Source of the DNA: Nitrosopumilaceae archaeon
GTDB taxonomy: Archaea > Thermoproteota > Nitrososphaeria > Nitrososphaerales > Nitrosopumilaceae
DNA length: 30,288 nucleotides
Reading direction: 5' to 3'
Assembly (NCBI GenBank): GCA_035527875.1
Contig: DATKZR010000075.1
Coordinates: forward strand, 1 to 30,288
A model generated the notes under the pieces. The model did no database searches, had not been told where the DNA came from, and saw only the letters and a list, made by a program, of their open reading frames with translations. Shown piece by piece: positions 25,583 to 30,288 of this stretch. Numbering within the stretch: position 1 is the first letter of the stretch; the number at the start of each line of letters is the position of its first letter. The translations under genes and the position numbers were made by a program.

Positions 25583-26065
25583 CTACTGTGGCCTAATTTT
25601 ACATTCTACTCTTAAAGATCTTACGGTTGTATAGTAGGTTAGCGCCAATAATCCAATGGCAGCAATTCTAATTGGAATTTCATAGTTTGTAAGAAATGCC
25701 ATAGAGGTTGCACCAATACTCCCAAAAGTAGAAATAATTGCAAAACCAATAGGGCCGCAGCTACATGCTCCTGCAGCTGCTCCAATAAAGGAACCAAATA
25801 CACTTCCACCAATTTTCCCTTTAGAGTTTTTTAGAATATTAATTCTATAAACATTCATTGGAAGTACTAATGCAGATAATCCAGATAGAATGATAATTAA
25901 CGAAAATCCAAATTCTGTCCCTTCTGGAATGTGTCCTGCAACAAAGGGCTCTATGAAAATATATTCAGATAAAATAAGTAATCCAATGGACATAGAAACA
26001 AAAATTCCTATCGCTAAGAGAGAATATTTGTAATTGGAGAATACCATCTTTAAAACTTGAACCAA
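25583..26065 (-). CDS. Uncharacterised 4-TM membrane protein with an intramembrane C-x-C motif
   Basis: 160 aa with four hydrophobic segments. The Gly/Ala-rich third segment GAAAGACSCGPIGFAII carries the C-x-C. The start (TTG 26065 or ATG 26047) lies 1-20 nt after the DsbA-like stop. Confidence 0.65.
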   Translation of the reverse strand: MVQVLKMVFSNYKYSLLAIGIFVSMSIGLLILSEYIFIEPFVAGHIPEGTEFGFSLIIILSGLSALVLPMNVYRINILKNSKGKIGGSVFGSFIGAAAGACSCGPIGFAIISTFGSIGATSMAFLTNYEIPIRIAAIGLLALTYYTTVRSLRVECKIRPQ

Positions 26066-26066
26066 A

Positions 26067-26732
26067 TCAGATCATATTATCCATAATTTTTTTGAAGGTA
26101 GTGTATGGTTGCGCACCATCAAATTGTTCCTGTTGATTATCAGGTCCAACAATGATAAATGTAGGAGTAGCTCGCGCTCCATGTTTTTTTGCCTCAGACA
26201 CATTGTATTGTACCCTTTTCGAATATTTATCTGAATCAAGACAGATTTCAAACAAATCCATATCAAGACCCATACTAAACGCAAAGGCCTTTAATCTTTC
26301 AGAATTTGCCCACCCATTATCTATTTGGGACTCTTGAGAATTGTACAATAAATCATGATATCCCCAATACATTTCTTGGTCTTCAGCACAATAAGAGGCC
26401 TGAGCTGCAATTGGAGAATCATGTCCCAAGACAGCTAAATCAACAAAAATAAGATTAGCCTTTCCTGTAGCAATATAATTTTCATAGATTGCAGGCTTGT
26501 GTGTATGAAACCAATTATAACATGAATGGCATTGGTAATCACCAAATTCTACAATGGTTATCAGAGCAGAAGGATCTCCTAGGATTGGAGAACCCATAGC
26601 AGTGGATACATCTCCATGAGTTCTTCCCATATCCAAGTTTACAGTTTCACTAGAAGAGAATGAATATGACCCAATAATACCTATACCAACAATTGCGACA
26701 ATGACACCAATAATAATTCCTTTCTTGTTCAT
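26067..26732 (-). CDS. Membrane-anchored DsbA-like thioredoxin-fold thiol:disulfide oxidoreductase
   Basis: N-terminal TM anchor IIIGVIVAIVGIGIIG, FGDYQCHSCY (CxxC), and the C-terminal ATPTFII cis-Pro loop context. Confidence 0.85.
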   Translation of the reverse strand: MNKKGIIIGVIVAIVGIGIIGSYSFSSSETVNLDMGRTHGDVSTAMGSPILGDPSALITIVEFGDYQCHSCYNWFHTHKPAIYENYIATGKANLIFVDLAVLGHDSPIAAQASYCAEDQEMYWGYHDLLYNSQESQIDNGWANSERLKAFAFSMGLDMDLFEICLDSDKYSKRVQYNVSEAKKHGARATPTFIIVGPDNQQEQFDGAQPYTTFKKIMDNMI

Positions 26733-26763
26733 ATTACTAACCTTCAGAATTTGTTTAAAAAAC

Positions 26764-26961
26764 TTATTCCAAATTGCTGTGAGATTTTCGTCTAAACAGG
26801 TTCACAAATTTTCCAATTACCGTATCTACTGGACAAGTCTCGCAGGTGATACTTGTAGAGTGTCCAGCAAAATGGTTTTCAAATTTTTCTCTAGAATTGA
26901 ATATCAGATCACATTTACTACAATAAACTTTAGTAACATTATATTTTCCTGATTTTTCCAT
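26764..26961 (-). CDS. Small C2H2 zinc-finger protein
   Basis: YCSKCDLIFNSREKFENHFAGH fits C-x2-C-x3-F-x5-F-x2-H-x3-H exactly. A further CETC pair lies downstream. Confidence 0.65.
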   Translation of the reverse strand: MEKSGKYNVTKVYCSKCDLIFNSREKFENHFAGHSTSITCETCPVDTVIGKFVNLFRRKSHSNLE

Positions 26962-27108
26962 AAATGGATGTGATAGTTTGGCCTTATAAAGATCCTGTTG
27001 AAATTCGCCACATGAAAAAAATTTTAGATTAAATCATTACAAGTTTTTTTACTTTAAAAATTTAATGATTTTTTCATTTTTAATTTCTTGTACCATTATG
27101 ACAAAAGA

Positions 27109-27477
27109 TCACAAATAATGAATTTTCATATGTGCATTGTGTTCTACTTCAAATCTTGTAACAAACCCACAGTGAGGACAAGAAAACATCTGATTTTGTG
27201 GAATAGGATCGCGTTCAATTTTCCGTCCAGAAAGAGATCTAATACTTACCACTTCATTATTGGAAATTACTGCAAAGTTATGCCCTTCTCCTATCGAATC
27301 CAGAAATTCTTTGATGGAAGATATTACCAGGTTAATATCAATAATTTCATCATCTTCAATTGTAGACAAAATGAATTCATGGGTTTTTAAGATCGGGATG
27401 GCGGCAACTTGGTCAGAAACATAAACTATTAGTTCGCTTTTGATTGACTCAACATCCCTACAATCAATGGTTAGCAT
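27109..27477 (-). CDS. Hypothetical protein with a C-terminal C2H2-like zinc finger
   Basis: 122 aa. The C-terminus FSCPHCGFVTRFEVEHNAHMKIH fits C-x2-C-x12-H-x3-H. The N-terminal ~90 aa are an acidic domain of unknown family. Confidence 0.65.
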   Translation of the reverse strand: MLTIDCRDVESIKSELIVYVSDQVAAIPILKTHEFILSTIEDDEIIDINLVISSIKEFLDSIGEGHNFAVISNNEVVSIRSLSGRKIERDPIPQNQMFSCPHCGFVTRFEVEHNAHMKIHYL

Positions 27478-27644
27478 TAAATTTTTAACGTGTGATCTGT
27501 ATTTTAGTTTAACAAAATTTTGAAAATGATCATTATGTAATAGATGAAGTCTGATAGTACATTAAATCACTTGTTGATGCCAAATTAGGCATGAAAATTT
27601 AAGAAATTTTGTTTTCCGTTGATACTTTATGGTCATTGTAAGTT

Positions 27645-27675
27645 AATGAAAAACATTTTCATTTTAAAATGAAAA
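27645..27675. promoter_or_regulatory. Triple 8-bp arm element (direct-inverted-direct)
   Basis: AATGAAAA (27645-52), ACA, TTTTCATT (27656-63), TTAA, AATGAAAA (27668-75). The third arm overlaps the ATG of a 40-codon ORF. Its AT-rich composition raises the chance expectation. Confidence 0.25.
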
Positions 27676-27865
27676 ATGAAGTGTTAACGAGTTTATCGAC
27701 AAAGAGGAAAAAGGCAGACCCCCCGCTTGTGCGTAATTTTTCCAGAGAGACTATCGTAGAACGATGGTATGATTTGTTGGAAATTGCTTAAGATCATAAT
27801 GTGAGTAGGATTGTTGGAAATATGTTTTCTAAAGGATTATACATTTATAAAAAATCAAATCTTGA

Positions 27866-28183
27866 GTGCGAAAATCTCTTAAACTGTTTTTAATAGGATT
27901 TGGGGTTTCTTTTTTAATTTCTATGGGAGAAATTTTTGAATTAGAAACCTTGCCAGATGAACCCTCTGAATATCTTAAATTTTCAATATCTTTTACTGGA
28001 CCTTACATAAGATTATTTTACTATTCTTTATTGGTGGTGGTAATACCTTTTATGACCATTCCTCAATTAAAAGAAAAAATAAGTAACAAATTACATTATG
28101 TCTATGTTCTATTATCAGGAATTACCTTTGGTTTTTCAATAGTGGGTATTTACACCGTATTTACCCAGAGAATATTCGTTTAA
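27866..28183 (+). CDS. Hypothetical membrane protein (about 3 TM)
   Basis: 105-codon ORF from GTG with hydrophobic segments LFLIGFGVSFLISMG, LFYYSLLVVVIPFMTI and YVLLSGITFGFSIVGIYTVF. Confidence 0.45.
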   Translation: MRKSLKLFLIGFGVSFLISMGEIFELETLPDEPSEYLKFSISFTGPYIRLFYYSLLVVVIPFMTIPQLKEKISNKLHYVYVLLSGITFGFSIVGIYTVFTQRIFV

Positions 28184-28304
28184 ACGAATTTGGTTAAATT
28201 CTCATCCTTCCCAAAAAATAATTTAAAGAATTAAAAAATTAATATAGACACATTACAAAGAGTAGTGCAAGTTATTACTGAAAAAACTGATTTTCAAATT
28301 AGAA

Positions 28305-28511
28305 ATGGCTTGTAAGGGAACTTGTACTATCCATGTAGCAAAAAAACCCAGAAAGAACGATATGGGCAGATATGAATCAGGCCAAAAGCGTTGCTCAAAC
28401 TGTGAAGTATTCATCATCTGGGAAGGGAGATCCTGTCCGTGTTGTGGCAGTCCCCTCCGATCAAAACCACGAAACTCTCATGGTAAGGAGAAACTAATTT
28501 TAAAAAATTAA
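28305..28511 (+). CDS. Small basic zinc-ribbon protein
   Basis: 68 aa with CSNC-x14-CPCC, flanked by basic stretches (KKPRKN, RSKPRNSHGK). Confidence 0.6.
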   Translation: MACKGTCTIHVAKKPRKNDMGRYESGQKRCSNCEVFIIWEGRSCPCCGSPLRSKPRNSHGKEKLILKN

Positions 28512-28607
28512 TACTTTGCAAAAAATAGTTCATGAAATTTTAGATGACGCTTGTTCCAATAATTTCGAATGCATAATCTCCTTGCTCAAAATTAATATGT
28601 AAAAATT

Positions 28608-29006
28608 ATGTCTAATTTTTCATACATGAGAGATTCTGAAACATTCGGTATAGAAAAAGGACATGAAAAAGAAGTCATTGAATGGCTTAATGAACAATCA
28701 AAAGATTCAAAATTTAAAGCAAGACTGTATGGATATTCAGTGGTAACACAGAATTTTGGAGAATTTGAAATGTTTTCATGGATAGGAGATGTACAGATTG
28801 CCAGAAAATTAATAGGGAAAGCAAGTAAGCGATTTAAAATTAAGGTCATCGAGGGAGGATACAAACCTCAAGAGAAAATTTTTCGAATGAAAAAATATGA
28901 TTTTGCCAAGGTCCGAAAAGGAGATAAAACTATTGGACAATTAGAATTTGAAGTATCACGATTTGGAAACAACCAATGGGAAATAAAAAATGAGGAAAGA
29001 CATTAA
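28608..29006 (+). CDS. Hypothetical protein
   Basis: 132-codon ORF with an ATG start and no recognised motif. The antisense ORF 28592..28864 is judged spurious. Confidence 0.55.
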   Translation: MSNFSYMRDSETFGIEKGHEKEVIEWLNEQSKDSKFKARLYGYSVVTQNFGEFEMFSWIGDVQIARKLIGKASKRFKIKVIEGGYKPQEKIFRMKKYDFAKVRKGDKTIGQLEFEVSRFGNNQWEIKNEERH

Positions 29007-29037
29007 AGACGTTAATTAAAAATTCAATAAGAAAAAA

Positions 29038-29913
29038 ATGAAAGTTGGATTGATTGGGACTGGTTTGCTTGGAAATTCTGTTGGCTTACATTTGATGCAA
29101 TCGGGTTATCAATTAACGGTATTTAACAGAACTAGTGAAAAAACAAAAGAGCTAAAAAACAATGGGGCACAAATTGTATCAACCCCAAAAGAAGTTGCAA
29201 AAAATTCAGACGTTGTAATAACTGTGATAAAAGATTCAAATGCAGTAAAACAAGTTTCTTTTGAAAAAGATGGAATAATTCATGGAAATCATAAAGATCT
29301 TATTGTATGTGATATGAGCACCATTAATCCTCTAGAATCAAAAAATATCGCTGAAAAATTTTCCAAACATAATATTTCAATGTTAGACACACCGGTAATG
29401 GGAGGTCCAAATGTGGCAATCACTGGAGATTTAATTATGATGGCTGCAGGTAACAAGGATTCGTTTGATAAATGCAAAGAGCTTTTTGATACAATAGCCA
29501 ACAAGGTTTTCTTTTTGGGAGAAAATGGTACTGCACATGCAGTAAAACTAGCGATGAACCTTCAAATTACAATGTTGGCACTTGCATTATCTGAAGGAAT
29601 TACCTTAGTAAGAGGTTCCAAGGTAGACCCCAAACTCTTTCTTGAAATACTCAACTCGACTTATTTTAAAACTGGAATGAGTGAAAATAAAGCATTGAAA
29701 ATGATTCAAAATAAATTTGAAGCAACATTTACCCTTGAAAATCTGAAAAAAGATATCAATATTATTTCAGAAACCTCAAAATCATTAGGTTTGGATTTAC
29801 CAATGATAAAAAAAGCTGAAGAAATTTATGAAAATGCGGTATTAGAAGGATTTGGTAATCTGGACTACACTGGAATATTGGCATATTTAAAAAAATTAAA
29901 TGAAAAGAATTGA
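29038..29913 (+). CDS. NAD(P)-dependent beta-hydroxyacid dehydrogenase (3-hydroxyisobutyrate dehydrogenase family)
   Basis: Rossmann motif MKVGLIGTGLLGNSVG, DTPVMGGP, AHAVKLAMNL. The 291-aa size is typical of HIBADH/6PGDH-like enzymes. Confidence 0.85.
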   Translation: MKVGLIGTGLLGNSVGLHLMQSGYQLTVFNRTSEKTKELKNNGAQIVSTPKEVAKNSDVVITVIKDSNAVKQVSFEKDGIIHGNHKDLIVCDMSTINPLESKNIAEKFSKHNISMLDTPVMGGPNVAITGDLIMMAAGNKDSFDKCKELFDTIANKVFFLGENGTAHAVKLAMNLQITMLALALSEGITLVRGSKVDPKLFLEILNSTYFKTGMSENKALKMIQNKFEATFTLENLKKDINIISETSKSLGLDLPMIKKAEEIYENAVLEGFGNLDYTGILAYLKKLNEKN

Positions 29914-29982
29914 ATTTAAAAACACGATTTTATGACTAGATTTCACCACAAATTCTATAAGTTACAACAGTAAAATTTCAAC

Positions 29983-30288
29983 ATGAGATTAAAAGACAAA
30001 GTATCCATTGTGACTGGGGCATCCGGTGATATTGGAATAGCAATTGCAAAACGGTTTGTTGAAGAAGGTTCCAAGGTTATTCTAATTGCGCGAGATCTCG
30101 AAAAATTAGAAAAAGCAAGAAAGGAGATTGGAAATGAAGAATCCACAGCTTCAATGTCATGTGATTTAACTGAAGAATCTCAAGTAATTCATACGGTAAA
30201 GCAGATTATTGACACATATGGAAAGGTAGACATCCTTGTAAATAATGCAGGGGCAATTAACGATCCAGTTCATTTCCATGAAATGCAA
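29983..30288 (+). CDS. Short-chain dehydrogenase/reductase (SDR), 3'-truncated by the window edge
   Basis: ATG 29983 begins [25 protein letters not shown]...VDILVNNAG (TGxxxGIG and NNAG motifs). The ORF runs off the right edge, so it is absent from the ORF track. Confidence 0.85.
   Translation, partial: MRLKDKVSIVTGASGDIGIAIAKRFVEEGSKVILIARDLEKLEKARKEIGNEESTASMSCDLTEESQVIHTVKQIIDTYGKVDILVNNAGAINDPVHFHEMQ

Noticed and set aside
26764-29006. Calling the small-gene patch an integrated virus or mobile element
   Set aside because: No integrase, transposase, tRNA attachment site or flanking direct or inverted repeats are visible. I report it only as a possibly variable region.
1903-30146. About 30 ORF-track entries of 60-114 aa lying inside or antisense to larger recognisable genes (for example 1903..2088, 2674..3018, 4089..4313, 4359..4562, 4472..4678, 5698..5883, 8997..9242, 9935..10156, 11906..12238, 12762..12971, 13137..13331, 14098..14301, 15913..16122, 18084..18290, 19971..20201, 21394..21612, 22364..22549, 23411..23719, 23676..23873, 24267..24458, 24987..25205, 26072..26284, 26152..26337, 26701..26952, 27088..27390, 28592..28864, 29289..29504, 29955..30146, 3327..3527, 17396..17581)
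   Set aside because: These are shadow ORFs. They overlap CDS with strong family motifs and have low-complexity or hydrophobic junk-like translations with no motifs.

Overview
The window is AT-rich and very gene-dense: about 36 CDS, with intergenic gaps mostly under 250 bp. I saw no rRNA, tRNA, CRISPR array, transposase or integrase. The protein set includes archaeal-type ProRS, SMC, Alba, a Dpo4/DinB Y-family polymerase, NreA, PAC2, CofE, an archaeosortase-family protein, actinobacterial-type inositol-3-phosphate synthase and EgtB/EgtD. Together with the AT-rich codon usage, this looks like core chromosome of a marine ammonia-oxidising thaumarchaeon (Nitrosopumilales-like). That assignment comes from my memory of such genomes, not from a search. 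I found no recognisable defence island or mobile element, and no clear novel multi-gene system; most of the window is housekeeping. The observations most worth a second look are these. (1) A cysteine-synthase-like gene has its catalytic N-terminus, including the PLP lysine, upstream of any ATG/GTG/TTG and abutting the stop of a TusA-like gene in the -1 frame. (2) An Alba gene is preceded in frame by a roughly 250-bp tandem 27-bp repeat encoding acidic PEPEPQLES units. (3) An archaeosortase-family protein has Ser where the catalytic Cys is expected. (4) A DsbA-like gene is tightly coupled to an uncharacterised 4-TM protein with an intramembrane C-x-C. (5) Two tandem genes encode eukaryote-like C2H2 zinc fingers inside a patch of small unknown genes. 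(6) A minimal convergent egtB/egtD pair sits next to a bacterial-type rlmN. All functional calls rest on motif recognition by eye, and no database search was possible.
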